From the NCBI GenBank assembly GCA_964291265.2, contig OZ219747.1:1696001-1760000 (forward strand): a DNA stretch of 64,000 bases, read 5' to 3'. The position numbers were made by a program, and so were the translations under genes. Positions 31,801 to 41,771 of the stretch are shown here, in pieces. Below the pieces are notes generated by a model. That model was not told the origin of the DNA, did not search any database, and worked only from the letters and a program-made list of their open reading frames with translations. Source of the DNA: Alphaproteobacteria bacterium. GTDB taxonomy: Bacteria; Pseudomonadota; Alphaproteobacteria; SP197. The first letter of the stretch is position 1; each line of letters starts with the position of its first letter.

Positions 31801-32179
31801 GCAGCCGCAACGCCTTCCTCAACGGCGCCAACTGGTAGGCGTCGATCCTCACCCCTGCCCGGAACGGCGCCTGGAAGAGATCGGGGTCCGTTGCCGTCAC
31901 ACAGTTCCAGGAAAGCGCACGCAGCCAGGCGGCAAAGAGGGCCGGTTCGTCGAAGCCGTTCCGGGCGACCGAGGACCAGCCGTCGTCTTCGAGGACGCGG
32001 GCCTCGACCTCGTGTTCCCACAGTACCGAAAGCGGTTCACCCTGGGCATCGTCATCGAGGCAGTTGAGATCGACTAGCGTCGCGTCACTGCCACCGGGAG
32101 ATTGCGTCACGTGCTCGACAAGGTACCGGCGTTGGCGCACGAGAGCGATCCGGCCGGGTTCGGGCAACACAGCGTTCAT
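28880..32179 (-). CDS. drmD: DISARM SNF2-like helicase DrmD
   Basis: ADDVGLGKTIEAG, LDEAH, SATPH, TDAAREGLNLQ, QRNGRIDR; first gene of the operon. Confidence 0.9.
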   Translation of the reverse strand: MNAVLPEPGRIALVRQRRYLVEHVTQSPGGSDATLVDLNCLDDDAQGEPLSVLWEHEVEARVLEDDGWSSVARNGFDEPALFAAWLRALSWNCVTATDPDLFQAPFRAGVRIDAYQLAPLRKALRLPRVNLFIADDVGLGKTIEAGLIARELLLRRRIDRIVVCCPPSMLDQWHDEMEARFGLSFVILDRLYVTRMRRERGFSVNPWTTHSRFLISHRLLVDPTYASGLQDWLGELAPQSLLILDEAHNVAPSSGARYAIDSQITRAIRDIAPRFEHRLFLSATPHNGHSNSFSALLEILDPQRFCRGVPVLKSHLDDVLIRRLKSDIRELQGGFPKRTVRPVTIDHLPDDAPELRLAEMLEEYRSLREKRLSQESRSRQAAGALVIGGLQKRLLSSIDAFARTLAVHRRSVVRALEKEEPASTLSDGTHAELERLTVGVDGDEDLADTVPEEEDGDDPGDAREADQSERDLAELMETATAATSDGRCENTRVALTAELRSVDAMASIAETARYDPDPRAEAIIRWIDENMCSILSSERSTPPQWNDRRLLVFTEYEDTRRWLQGCLEEAIEHSDQASERIAAFTGRTSRQRREDIKHAFNTEPDSDPLRILIATDAAREGLNLQRHCHDLFHFDLPWNPSRLDQRNGRIDRKLQPAVEVICRYFVFRQRPEDRVLQVLVEKVERIREELGSVARVVENRIASSLGREGMRRDALDALTISIRSARADKHRRTVEEELESSRRRQDVLREEIDRLRNGLDRSRRHIGIAAEQFRDTLSMGLQLARAPGIRELDAETSEDAPQRFTFPAEDDALVRDAGWAAALDSLRARRQKGETLGEWRRRAAIRPVVFEDAGRLGDNAVHLHLEHRVAKRLLGRFTSQGLIHHDLSKACLTSTSDSIPRVLLLGRLAVYGPRAARLHEEIIAVAARWIEPDRRRGALEVYGRTGERTTLASLQSALDEVGRSRVPEKVSERLKEAAARDIKDLLPHLERRAREHEDTARERLGKRSEVEQKAMVELLERQRERIARAAKAAHEDEPQFDFDDAEQRQRQADLRAWQRRLEEIERERVSEPGRIAESFRVQASRLDPIGLVYLWPRSG

Positions 32180-32330
32180 GCGGTCAGTCGATCGTCCTTC
32201 ACACCGGCACTCGTACGATGCCAACTGAATGCACCGAGGCCGGGGAGGTCGTCAAGGAATCGACCCGTGCAAGACACCGTGCGGCACGTGGATCGGGTCA
32301 TCCATCCCGCGCAGTGAGGTGATGCTGATC

Positions 32331-33494
32331 TCATGGTCGTGGTGGATTGCGCGTTACCGAACGACACATGGCGTCGATTCCTTCGCCGATCCGTTCGGCA
32401 GCGGCTTCGACTTCACTGTCCGCCACGTGTGCGTATCGCAGGGTCATCGAAACCTGCCGGTGACCAAGGAACCTCGCCACGATCGGAAGCGGCACACCGT
32501 TGAGGACAGCCTGGCTGGCGAAATTGTGTCGCAGGTCATGCAGACGCACATCCTCGATACCAGCCCGTTTGCGGAGGTCGAACCAGAGTGGGGCGGAGCT
32601 TGGAGTGGGCAAGGTCGGATTGGAGGGCGAAGGAAAGACATAGTCGCTGCCGAAGTGGGACTGACGAGCGATGATCTGACGAGCCTCACTGTTGAGGTAG
32701 ATTTTCCGCGGCCCTGTCTTGCTGTCCGCAAGATTGAGAGTGTCCGTGTCGACCTCGCACCATTTGAGCGTCCGGATCTCGTTGAAACGGCATCCCGTAT
32801 AGTAGAGCATGCGGATCACGTCTGCCTGCGCCGCTCGCGAGGGGCGTTCGGTAACCATTCGGTCAAGTTCGGCGTGCAGCCGACGGGCTTCGTCCCGGGA
32901 CAGGAACCGGTTGAAACGACGTTGCGGGTTGCGGCGAATGCCTCTGGCAGGGTTGGTCTCGAGATGGCCGTGGCTCTTGGCGTGATTGAGGATCTGGCAC
33001 AACGTATCGAGAGCGTGATTGGCGCCGCCTGGCGCCGTTCCGCTGTAGTGGTCGAACCATGCCATCACCTCCTTGCGTGTGATTCGGTCAAGCGGCCTGG
33101 CGCCAAAGGTCGGCAGGAGTTGAGTTTTGAGTGTAGTTCCGGTGGTCCGCCGGGTGGACAACTTGAAGCGGTCGAAACACTCGGGCCGCCAGACATCTGC
33201 GACAAAGTCGCCGAAGAGAGGGGACGGTGGCGTGTCCGTCACGGATTCCACGGCGCCGGACTGAATGGCGAGACACCGGGAGCGGGCCTCGTCGACAGTT
33301 ATGTGCGTCGCGGAACCCACAGTCCTGCGTTTCGAGGAGCCGTTGCCGTTGTCCATGAGAACGAACGACTTGTAACCGGAAGGCCGCACCCTGACACCAA
33401 GGCCTGTGACCCGCGTATCCCAGACAGTGAATTCGCCCGGTGCGGCCACCAGCCGGGAAACGGCACGATCACTCAGACGCATCTTGCGTGTCAT
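32331..33494 (-). CDS. Tyrosine integrase with Arm-DNA-binding N-terminus (second of tandem pair)
   Basis: WDTRVTGLGVRVRPSGYKSF; TGCRFNEI, SKTG, HDLRH, LGH, TLRYAH. Confidence 0.9.
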   Translation of the reverse strand: MTRKMRLSDRAVSRLVAAPGEFTVWDTRVTGLGVRVRPSGYKSFVLMDNGNGSSKRRTVGSATHITVDEARSRCLAIQSGAVESVTDTPPSPLFGDFVADVWRPECFDRFKLSTRRTTGTTLKTQLLPTFGARPLDRITRKEVMAWFDHYSGTAPGGANHALDTLCQILNHAKSHGHLETNPARGIRRNPQRRFNRFLSRDEARRLHAELDRMVTERPSRAAQADVIRMLYYTGCRFNEIRTLKWCEVDTDTLNLADSKTGPRKIYLNSEARQIIARQSHFGSDYVFPSPSNPTLPTPSSAPLWFDLRKRAGIEDVRLHDLRHNFASQAVLNGVPLPIVARFLGHRQVSMTLRYAHVADSEVEAAAERIGEGIDAMCRSVTRNPPRP

Positions 33495-34627
33495 GCCTGA
33501 TCCCTCCCGCCCAGGATCGCACCGAGAGCCTCCGCCGCCTCGTGGACCGAGGCGTCGGCAAAATGCGTGTACTTCAGAGTGGTGGCGGGATTGCTGTGGC
33601 CCAGAAGCCGGCCGATGGTGAGGACCGTCTCGCCATGGGCGAGGGCCACGGAGGCATATGTATGTCGCAGATCGTGAAGGCGAACATCCGTGATACCTGC
33701 TTCTGTACGCACGTTCCGCCAGAAGTAGCCGAGCATGTCCTTCGACAGGCAACGGTCCCCGCGACGGGACGGGAAGATCCAGGAGCCGCTTCGGGGCAGC
33801 CCATCCAGGATCCGGCGCGCATGCGATGACAACCAGACCGTGCGGGGGCCTGCCTTGCTGTCACGCAGGTAGAGCTTGCCCTCGCGATAGTCCAACCACT
33901 TGAGTGTCAGGATCTCGGACTTCCGGGCGCCGGTGAGAAGCAGCAACCGCACGATTGCGGCCAGGAGAGATTGCTTCGCAGGCCTCTTGTCGAGAACGTC
34001 GCTCAACCGCCGGATCTCGTCGTGGTTGAGGAACCTCTCACGATTGCGCCGGCGGTAACGCTTGATGCCGGTACATGGGTTGGATCCCTCCGGGCGATAG
34101 CCGTAGACCTCCGCCTGGCGAAGGATCACCGACAGGACCGGCGCCGAGCGGTCGGCAGCCACAGGCGTCGCATGGAGCGACGCGAACCAGCGCTGAACGT
34201 CGTGTCGCGTGATCTCGTCTATCGCGCGGCCCTTGAACCGCGGCAAGATCTGGTTCCTGTAGTAGACGCGGTTGACCTCCAGCGTGCTCGGCTTCCAATG
34301 CCACTGGTAGCGCCGGAAGACCTCGTCCGCGACATCCTCGAACAGGAGGGATGCGGCGGCGACAGGCGAAGCCTCGTCACATCGGGACCGTGACGCCAGG
34401 AGAGATGTCACCTGCTCCCGGGCGCACTCCAGGGTCATGGTCCCGGCGTCGCCTATCGAGTGCCAGACCCTCTTGCCGTCGACCTGACTGTGGAGGAAGT
34501 AGCTCTTGCGGCCTGATGGCAGGACACGGACACCAAAGCCCCGGATGACGGAGTCGCGAATGTCACGGGTCTTTCCGGTTGGCTTGAGGGCATCGACCCG
34601 TCGTTGCGTGAGGCGATTCTTCGGCAT
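33491..34627 (-). CDS. Tyrosine integrase with Arm-DNA-binding N-terminus (first of tandem pair)
   Basis: DSVIRGFGVRVLPSGRKSY; TGARKSEI, SKAG, HDLRH, LGH, TLKYTH. Confidence 0.9.
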   Translation of the reverse strand: MPKNRLTQRRVDALKPTGKTRDIRDSVIRGFGVRVLPSGRKSYFLHSQVDGKRVWHSIGDAGTMTLECAREQVTSLLASRSRCDEASPVAAASLLFEDVADEVFRRYQWHWKPSTLEVNRVYYRNQILPRFKGRAIDEITRHDVQRWFASLHATPVAADRSAPVLSVILRQAEVYGYRPEGSNPCTGIKRYRRRNRERFLNHDEIRRLSDVLDKRPAKQSLLAAIVRLLLLTGARKSEILTLKWLDYREGKLYLRDSKAGPRTVWLSSHARRILDGLPRSGSWIFPSRRGDRCLSKDMLGYFWRNVRTEAGITDVRLHDLRHTYASVALAHGETVLTIGRLLGHSNPATTLKYTHFADASVHEAAEALGAILGGRDQA

Positions 34628-34929
34628 AGCATTCTCTCCGATTCCTGTTGCACCGGGGGTACGGAAACGGCATGAATCCGCTTCCCCGGCAGAATCTCGT
34701 GAGAGAGAACGCTTTTTGTTTCAGTGGGTTACGGTTCCGTTCAGCACCGAAGGTGCGGAAGAGGTGTACGCGGAATTCGAGGAAAGGACCGGAGACGGCA
34801 TCGGTGGATCTTCCGGGGCGCCAGCCGCCGTTGCCGCGCGACTTCCAGACACCGGTCCGTTTCGCCTGACCGGAGTATGTCACGGACGGCGCCCGGCGAG
34901 GACTGGTGCGTGCCGGAGACCGCCTGACG

Positions 34930-35814
34930 TCAGCCGTTGCGCCGCCACGCGGCAAGGGCGTCGTTGAAGCGTTTGAGATAATCCTCCGTGTAGGCGACAT
35001 AGTCGACATCCAGGGACGAGTGGGTCTCCTGGACCATGCTCCACATGGCCTCGCGCAACAGCGATGCGCAGACCAGGGCCCCGAGGCTCCGCCTCACCTC
35101 GTCGGTGACCGGCCGGCCCAGAACCAGTTCCGCGACGTTGTCCCGGGCACCGGCGTCGAGATGACTGTTGGAGGCAAGGTTGGCGATGTCGAAGAGGGCC
35201 GTGTTGTAGCCGGCGTACTCCCAGTCGACGAGCCACAGTCTCTCACCGTCATCGAGGACGTTCGCGGCCAGGAGATCGTTGTGGCAGAGAACCGGATTGA
35301 TCGGGCCGACGGCCGCTTCCAGATCCTGCGCTGCCCCGAGGAACCGCGGCACCTGCGCCAGCAGGCGATGATGGTCGTCGTGGAGACGATGCCCGTAGTC
35401 GCGGATGACGTGGAACACCCAGAAGAACGGGGCCCGGCCCCGCAGATGACGCGCCCCGTCGCGGTGGAGACGAGCCAGCAGGTCCGCCATGCGTTCGAGA
35501 TTGCCGGGATCACGCACATCGGCATCGTTGAAGGTGTGGCCGTCGATCCAGCGCACCACCAGGACCCCCTTGGCCGAATAATGGACTTCTGGGGCGAGGC
35601 CCGCCGCGTGCGCCGCGCGGCTGCAGGCGGCCTCATGGGTCCGGCGGATGCCGTGGACGGGAATGTTGCTGCCCATCCGCACCAGGAAACTGCCTGCGCC
35701 GTCGTCGACGCGGAAGTTGAGGTTGGTGATACCCCCTTCGATCGGGCGGGGTGTGACCGGTCCGTGCCAACAGGGCAGTCCGGCGGCCCTGACAACGGCC
35801 TCGTCAGGTGTCAT
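34930..35814 (-). CDS. Choline/ethanolamine kinase-like phosphotransferase
   Basis: GGITNLNF, CHNDLLAAN, LVDWEYAG; RBS before ATG 35814. Confidence 0.85.
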   Translation of the reverse strand: MTPDEAVVRAAGLPCWHGPVTPRPIEGGITNLNFRVDDGAGSFLVRMGSNIPVHGIRRTHEAACSRAAHAAGLAPEVHYSAKGVLVVRWIDGHTFNDADVRDPGNLERMADLLARLHRDGARHLRGRAPFFWVFHVIRDYGHRLHDDHHRLLAQVPRFLGAAQDLEAAVGPINPVLCHNDLLAANVLDDGERLWLVDWEYAGYNTALFDIANLASNSHLDAGARDNVAELVLGRPVTDEVRRSLGALVCASLLREAMWSMVQETHSSLDVDYVAYTEDYLKRFNDALAAWRRNG

Positions 35815-36295
35815 GGTGATCGTCTCCTTTCGCCGCCGGACGGGCTGCCGCGGAGTAGCGCGGTGTGTCCGTGGCCGGGGCCGGCTGGCCGATATCGGCG
35901 AGGCGGCCCTCGATGGCATCGGTCTCGAGGCGAATGAGGCCACCGTTGCGGAAGACGAGGGATACGGAACCGGCCGACTCCCGGCGGCCTTCGCTGACGA
36001 TGGTCATCAGCTCCGCATCCCCATCGCCCCCCAGGCCATCGAGGTCCCAGGCGTCGACTCTGACGACGCGGTCGAGAACAAGCGCACAGTCGACCTGCAT
36101 GTCCTCACCGCCGGGGAGTTCGTAGCAGAATCGCCGGAACAGGGCGGCAAACCGGTGGTCTTCCTCTACCCAGGTAACCTCGGCCAGGGGCATGCGCGCG
36201 CTCTGCAAGACGGTGGCGAAAACCTCCAGATCGTCATCGTCGACAGCCTTGAGGCGCAACTGCCTGGGGCTTGTATCCTTGACTGGATGGCTCAT
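35804..36295 (-). CDS. DUF2948 family protein
   Basis: LRLKAVDDDDLEVFATVLQ...RFCYE...GRLADIG; usual position downstream of murA in alphaproteobacteria. Confidence 0.75.
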   Translation of the reverse strand: MSHPVKDTSPRQLRLKAVDDDDLEVFATVLQSARMPLAEVTWVEEDHRFAALFRRFCYELPGGEDMQVDCALVLDRVVRVDAWDLDGLGGDGDAELMTIVSEGRRESAGSVSLVFRNGGLIRLETDAIEGRLADIGQPAPATDTPRYSAAARPAAKGDDHHDT

Positions 36296-36319
36296 GCCGC
36301 CAGTCTCCGAGTCATGTCA

Positions 36320-37090
36320 CGAACCTCCGGAGTGTCCGGCGGCAACACTCCTTGCTCCGCGCAGGTACGCCGGTCGGCGACGTCTGATGTCGCGGGCCGC
36401 GTTCAGTTCCGCATGGTCCACATGACCGCGCGCCACGCACTTGAGTGTCGCTTGCAAGGGGCGCGTATCGGCGTCCACCGCTCCACACTCCGCACACGTT
36501 CGGCCGGGATGCGCCGCGTTCACCACGACGAATCGCGCAGCCCTGCAGCCGATCGTCGCCTGCACGCCGCTCCAGCCGGTGGCAAGGATGGCGCGATGGA
36601 AGCCGGCCTTCCAACGCACGTTGGCGCCCGGCTCCTCGACGGTTTTCTTCGCGGCACGCGTCCTGTCGGCGGTCTTCAGGCCTTCCACGACGACCGTTCT
36701 CCCCGCTGCGCTTCCGCGAGACCTGGTGCTGCCAGGCGCGCCGCGTCATCGCGATCCTGCGCACCGTCCGGGCATGGCGCCGCCGGGTGCGCTCACGCCG
36801 CTGGCCCCCGGTCGGCACCCCGAAGGATCGTTGCCGCGCACCCGCCTGATACTCGGGGCACGGCGCGCGGGGGTGGCATCTGCCGCAGCCACGGCGTGAC
36901 ACGTCGCAAGCCGATGAAGGCCTTGAAGGACGCCCGTCGGTCACGCCGCTGACACGAGCTGCTCCTGGTCGAGCACGGCTTTCCAGGCGGAGCGGCAGAC
37001 GCCTGCGGGAGAAGCCAGCTCGCGCTCCTTCTTGCGGGATCCGGGAAGCAGCCGACAGACGATCCGTCGGCATGCGGCATCGTCCGCCAT
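36320..37090 (-). pseudogene. tnpB: Decayed TnpB (IS200/IS605 family)
   Basis: AGVCRSAWKAVL..LRRVTPWLRQMP N-terminal fragment; RTCAECG..LKCVARGHVDHAELNAARDI C-terminal fragment; frameshifts and deletions. Confidence 0.7.
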
Positions 37091-37207
37091 GCGTTCTCTG
37101 CCCTCCATCGGCCGTCCGTTGGAGGGGACAGGCGACCACGAACCACCCGTGCATCGCCCTGCAACATCGCCATTCAGTCAAGGGCATGGTTGTCACATGG
37201 AATCATG

Positions 37208-38470
37208 TCAGCCGGGAATCCTCTCGATCATGGCTCCGCATCCCGAGAGTTTCTCCACCAACCGTTCGTAACCGCGATCGAGGTGATAGACCCGGTTGAC
37301 CATGGTTTCGCCCTCGGCAGTCAGCCCGGCAAGGATCAGACAAACGGAAGCGCGGAGATCCGTGGCCATGACCGGAGCCCCCTTCAGCCTGTCGACTCCG
37401 CGGACGATGGCTGTTCCGCCGCTGACATCGATGTCCGCTCCCATGCGCATGAGTTCGGGCACATGCATGAAACGGTTCTCGAAAATGCTCTCGTGTATTC
37501 GCGACATGCCGCATGCCGTGGTCATGAGCGCCATGAACTGTGCCTGAAGGTCCGTGGCAAAGCCGGGGAAGGGGCGGGTCGTGACATCGACTCCCTTGAG
37601 GATGCCGTCGGCGCGCCGGACATCGATACCGCCGTTCTGGTCCTCGATCGAGACGCCTGCCCGACGCAGGGCGGTGGCGACATCGCCGAAGTGGTCTTCC
37701 GAGGCGCCGACGAGTCGGAGGCGTCCGCCGGTGGCAGCCGCTGCCATGGCATAGGTGCCGGCCTCGATGCGGTCAGGAAGCATGCGATGGGTGGCGCCTC
37801 CCAGGCGGGCGACACCATTGATGCGGATCTCGCTGGTTCCGGCGCCGGAAATGTCGGCGCCCATCGCGTTGAGGCAATCGGCAAGATCGCCGATTTCCGG
37901 TTCCATGGCGGCATTGCCGATGAGGGTGGTGCCTCGGGCCAGTGTTGCCGTCATCATGACGTGCTCGGTGGCGCCCACCGAGACCTGTGGAAAGATGAAC
38001 TCGGCACCGTCGAGGCCGCCTGGCGCCTCGCCCACGAGATACCCTTCCCTCAGTTCGATGGTCGCGCCAAGCGCCTCGAGTCCGGCGATGTGGAGATCCA
38101 CAGGCCGCGTGCCGATGGCGCAACCGCCGGGGAGCGAGACCTCGGCGTGACCGCAGCGGGCAAGGAGCGGGCCGAAGACCAGGATCGAGGCCCGCATCTT
38201 GCGGACCAGGTCATAGGGTGCCTTCATCGAGGTCAGCGACGAGGCATCCAGTGTCATGCGTCCGTCACGGTGCCCCTCCACACGGACCCCGAGCTCGGCA
38301 AGCAGGTGCGCGAGAACGCTGACATCCACGACGTTCGGCTGGTTCGAGAGAACGAGGGGTTCGTCACTCAGCAGGGAGGCGACCATGAGCTTGAGCGCCG
38401 TGTTCTTGGCGCCCGCTATGGTGATCGTGCCCTCGAGTGGTATGCCGCCCTCGAGGCGTATGCTGTCCAC
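37208..38470 (-). CDS. murA: UDP-N-acetylglucosamine 1-carboxyvinyltransferase
   Basis: [49 protein letters not shown]. Confidence 0.97.
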   Translation of the reverse strand: MDSIRLEGGIPLEGTITIAGAKNTALKLMVASLLSDEPLVLSNQPNVVDVSVLAHLLAELGVRVEGHRDGRMTLDASSLTSMKAPYDLVRKMRASILVFGPLLARCGHAEVSLPGGCAIGTRPVDLHIAGLEALGATIELREGYLVGEAPGGLDGAEFIFPQVSVGATEHVMMTATLARGTTLIGNAAMEPEIGDLADCLNAMGADISGAGTSEIRINGVARLGGATHRMLPDRIEAGTYAMAAAATGGRLRLVGASEDHFGDVATALRRAGVSIEDQNGGIDVRRADGILKGVDVTTRPFPGFATDLQAQFMALMTTACGMSRIHESIFENRFMHVPELMRMGADIDVSGGTAIVRGVDRLKGAPVMATDLRASVCLILAGLTAEGETMVNRVYHLDRGYERLVEKLSGCGAMIERIPG

Positions 38471-38501
38471 GTCCCTGCTCCCGGAATCCCTAGCGCGCCC
38501 C

Positions 38502-38717
38502 TCATAGACCTTTCGGGTCGCGACAAGTCAACCGTGATCCTGTGGTTGAATCGTGGCCCTGCGGCGTATCGCGTTCCCGGGTGTTCTCCTCGTCGGTGTC
38601 CTGCCGGGCTGGCCGGCAGCGCGCCCGAGACTGTTCCTTGCGCCGTTTCAGGTTGGCGCGCAGGGCTTCGGCGAGGCGCCTGGCCCTGGAATCGGGTGTT
38701 CCGGTCCCCCTGCCCAC
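38502..38717 (-). CDS. Small hypothetical protein upstream of murA
   Basis: [23 protein letters not shown] motif recalled from alphaproteobacterial murA-upstream genes; start uncertain. Confidence 0.5.
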   Translation of the reverse strand: MGRGTGTPDSRARRLAEALRANLKRRKEQSRARCRPARQDTDEENTRERDTPQGHDSTTGSRLTCRDPKGL

Positions 38718-38788
38718 GATCAGCGCCCCCGAACTTGATTTCCGCCTGTTCACTGTGGCAGGTTCCGGCCACCTGCCCGGCGCCCAAC

Positions 38789-38863
38789 GCCGCCGTAGCT
38801 CAGTGGTAGAGCGCACCCTTGGTAAGGGTGAGGTCCTCAGTTCAATCCTGAGCGGCGGCACCA
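38789..38863 (+). tRNA. tRNA-Thr(GGT)
   Basis: GCCGCCG acceptor stem, TAGCTCAGTGGTAGAGC D-arm, CACCC-TTGGTAA-GGGTG anticodon arm, TTCAAT T-loop, encoded CCA. Confidence 0.97.
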
Positions 38864-38971
38864 TACCCCCGACGATAACCGATACCGTGCTCCGGTACCA
38901 TGACCGCTGCGAATTGAACGTGGCGTTGCGAGGTGCGTGATGGTGGCGGCTTCTCCAGGGAGGTGGCGGTC

Positions 38972-40580
38972 ATGATGCCGACGCCGACAGAGCTTGAACG
39001 CATGACCCTTTTCGTCGTCGCCGAGATGACAAGGCGGGGCAGGGCGCGTGGCTGCGAGTTCAATCACCCGGAAGCCCATGCCTGCATTGCCGATACCCTG
39101 CTCCAAGGAGCGCGGGAAGGATGCAGTGTCGCCGACCTGGCAGGCTGGGGCGCAACGCCGCTCTCCGGCGACGACGTCATGCCAGGCATGGCGGCACTGC
39201 ATCCGATCATTCAGGTCGAGAGGCTGTTTCCGGATGGCGCCAGGCTCATCACGGTGCACCGGCCCCTTCGACCACATGCCGATGTCCCTCCACCGGGAGA
39301 GGTGATGATGCCGGATCGGGCATCACGTTCAACGCCGGCCGCCGGCGGGGCGCTCTCGTGGTGCTGAACACGGGTGACCGGCCCGTCCAGGTGGGGCACC
39401 ACCATCACGTCTTCGAGGTCAACCCCGATCTCGACTTCGAGCGCGAGGCGGCATTCGGCATGCGCCTCGACATCGCGGCTGGAGAGGCTGTTCGCTTCGA
39501 ACCCGGCGAGAGCCGTGCCGTCACCATCGTGGCCTATGGCGGTGATGGCGCGGTGAGTGGGTGCCTTGTCGAAGGGTCCCTGCGGGAGGCTCGCAGACGC
39601 GGTTTGAGGGTGGCGTGACATGACCTCCATGTCGAGTGCGCACTATGCCGGAACCTGCGGGCCGACCACGGGCGATCGGGTCATACTTGGCGACACGAGT
39701 CTTGCGGCCGCCGTCACAAGGGCTCTCCTCGTGGCGGGCGACGAACCGACGACCATCGGGCGGGAAAGAGCCATCGGGACGACGTGCGCTCGCCATGACG
39801 GGGGAACCCTCAATCTCGTCATCCACAACGCGCTGATCATCGGAATCGCAGAAGACCGACATCGGTGTGCGTGAGGGCGGCATCGCGGGGGGCGGCAAGG
39901 CGGGCAATCGGCGAATCATGGACGGCGTCCATCCCGGGCTGGTCTGTGGACCCTCGACCGTCGTCGCCCATGGCGAACGCCCGATTGCCACGCCGAGCGG
40001 AATCGATGTCCATGTCCACTTCAAGTCCCCCGATCCGGTGCGCCACGCCCTTGCCACCGGCTTCACCACCCTCGTGGGCGGCGGCCACGGGCTGCTCTTC
40101 AACATCAATTCCGGCGGCGCCTGGACGACCGGGCGCATGCTGCAGGCCACCGACGCCCTGCCGATGAACGTCGGCTTTCTCGGACGCGGCAGCACGAGCC
40201 GGACCACGGGGGTACTCGAACACGTCGCATCCGGCATCATCGGCATCAAGGTGCACGAGGACTACGGGGTGAGCCCGGCTGTCATCGACACGGCGCTCGG
40301 CGTTGCCGACGATGACGACTTCCAGGTGCAACGCCACACGGACACGCTGAACGAATCGGGTTTCCACGAATCCTGGCAGGTCGAACCTGGCGAAGCCCCT
40401 CAACGGCCATCGGACCGACGCGCAGGCTCACCAGGGCCGACATGCTCCACAACGATGCCCTGCCGGAAATCCGCGTCGATCCACAGGCATTCGAGGTCAT
40501 GGTGGACGGCCAGATGGCCTGGTGCGAACCGGTGGATCGCATGGCCCGGGGACAGCTCTACCTTCTCGGGCAGCTCCTAG
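38972..40580 (+). pseudogene. Decayed urease gamma/beta/alpha (ureA-ureB-ureC) genes
   Basis: [27 protein letters not shown] (gamma); [31 protein letters not shown] (beta); GIDVHVHF, KVHEDYG, HTDTLNESGF, LPEIRVDPQ (alpha), with frameshifts and large deletions. Confidence 0.85.
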
Positions 40581-41509
40581 CTGTCGTCGAGGAACCGCAG
40601 GTACTGTCCCTCGAAATCGAAGGAAAGGAGCGTCTTGTAGGCATCCATGATGCGCCGCGTCACCGGACCGGGAATGGTGCCGCAGACCGTTGCGCGGCTG
40701 TCGACAGAGCGCACGGGACAGACGCACAGGCTGGTCGACGACAGGAAAATCTCGTCGGCGGTGTAGGCATCGAAGAGATCGAGGCTGGTCTCGTGCACCG
40801 GAATTCCGAGATCGGCTGCCAGGTCCATGACGGTGGAACGGCTGACGCCCTCGAGCACCATGTCGCCTCGCGGCGTGAAGAGTTCGCCCCGGCGCACGAT
40901 CCACAGGTTCTGTCCCGCTCCCTCGTTGAGATGTCCGTTGATGTCCAGCAGTCCGGCCCAGGCCTCGGGATTCACCGCCTTCACCTGTCGGTCCGCGAGG
41001 AAGACGTTGATGTAGTTCGTGAGCTTGGCGCGGGGGCTCTGGGACTCGGGCGGTGTTCGACGGATGGAAGAGATGCCGATGTCGATGCCGTCGCGGAACA
41101 GCCGCGCCCGAGGCCTGAAGGGGATGGGCTGGACATGGACGATCACCGTGGGACCGGTGCGCAGGTTGGGTTCGTCACCGACCCAGTCGGCGCCGCGCGA
41201 GACGTTCTGGAAGACCCAGTAGTCCTCTCCCTCGGGCAGGAGAGGAAGGTTGCGGGAGACCACCTCTTCGGTGATCGCAGCCATGTCTGCCGGCGTTTCG
41301 TTCACCTCGATTCCGAGGTAACGCAGGGACCGGTAGAGACGATGGATGTGTTCCGCGAGGCGAAACAGCCTGCCGTTGACCGTGCGTTCCGTGTCGAAGG
41401 CACCGTCTCCCCAGCGGAAACCGCGGTCGCGGAAGGGGACGACGACATGGCTTTCCGGAACGTAGTGGCCGTTGAAATAGGCGATTCGCTCGTTCGGACG
41501 ATCGGTCAT
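40577..41509 (-). CDS. Class IV (branched-chain/D-amino acid-type) PLP aminotransferase
   Basis: DRGFRWGDGAFDTER, AKLTNY, EGAGQN, LEGVSR, ADEIFLSST. Confidence 0.88.
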   Translation of the reverse strand: MTDRPNERIAYFNGHYVPESHVVVPFRDRGFRWGDGAFDTERTVNGRLFRLAEHIHRLYRSLRYLGIEVNETPADMAAITEEVVSRNLPLLPEGEDYWVFQNVSRGADWVGDEPNLRTGPTVIVHVQPIPFRPRARLFRDGIDIGISSIRRTPPESQSPRAKLTNYINVFLADRQVKAVNPEAWAGLLDINGHLNEGAGQNLWIVRRGELFTPRGDMVLEGVSRSTVMDLAADLGIPVHETSLDLFDAYTADEIFLSSTSLCVCPVRSVDSRATVCGTIPGPVTRRIMDAYKTLLSFDFEGQYLRFLDDS

Positions 41510-41632
41510 CAGTTCCCTCCGGCAGGACTTCAGCGAGTCCCGAGAGTGTGCGAGACCGCCGGAGTGGGCAAGCCATGAAGGGCCATCGGTCGCATGACAT
41601 GCCGGCACATGGCACCGATCATGGAATCATCT

Positions 41633-41698
41633 CCACTATATGAGGGACATCCCTCAATATGTGGTGCTGTTGATAAATCAGGTTGAACATATGGTGGA
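41633..41698. promoter_or_regulatory. Candidate NrdR boxes upstream of nrdJ
   Basis: CCACTATATGAGGG, CTCAATATGTGGTG and GAACATATGGTGG resemble the NrdR box (aCaCwAtATaTwGtg). Confidence 0.55.
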
Positions 41699-41771
41699 TC
41701 CAATGTCACACTAATCGTTCGCCAGTTGCTTCAGGGAACTGTGACGAGGCCAATCTCCGGGAGCTGGATGG

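Noticed and set aside
32331-34627. RIT element
   Set aside because: Only two recombinases, both Arm-type, and no terminal inverted repeats seen
36320-37090. Active RNA-guided TnpB nuclease
   Set aside because: Fragmented, with degenerate RuvC/Zn motifs and no tnpA
38789-38863. tRNA-Thr as the island integration site
   Set aside because: No duplicated 3' end was seen in the window, and core genes separate it from the integrases
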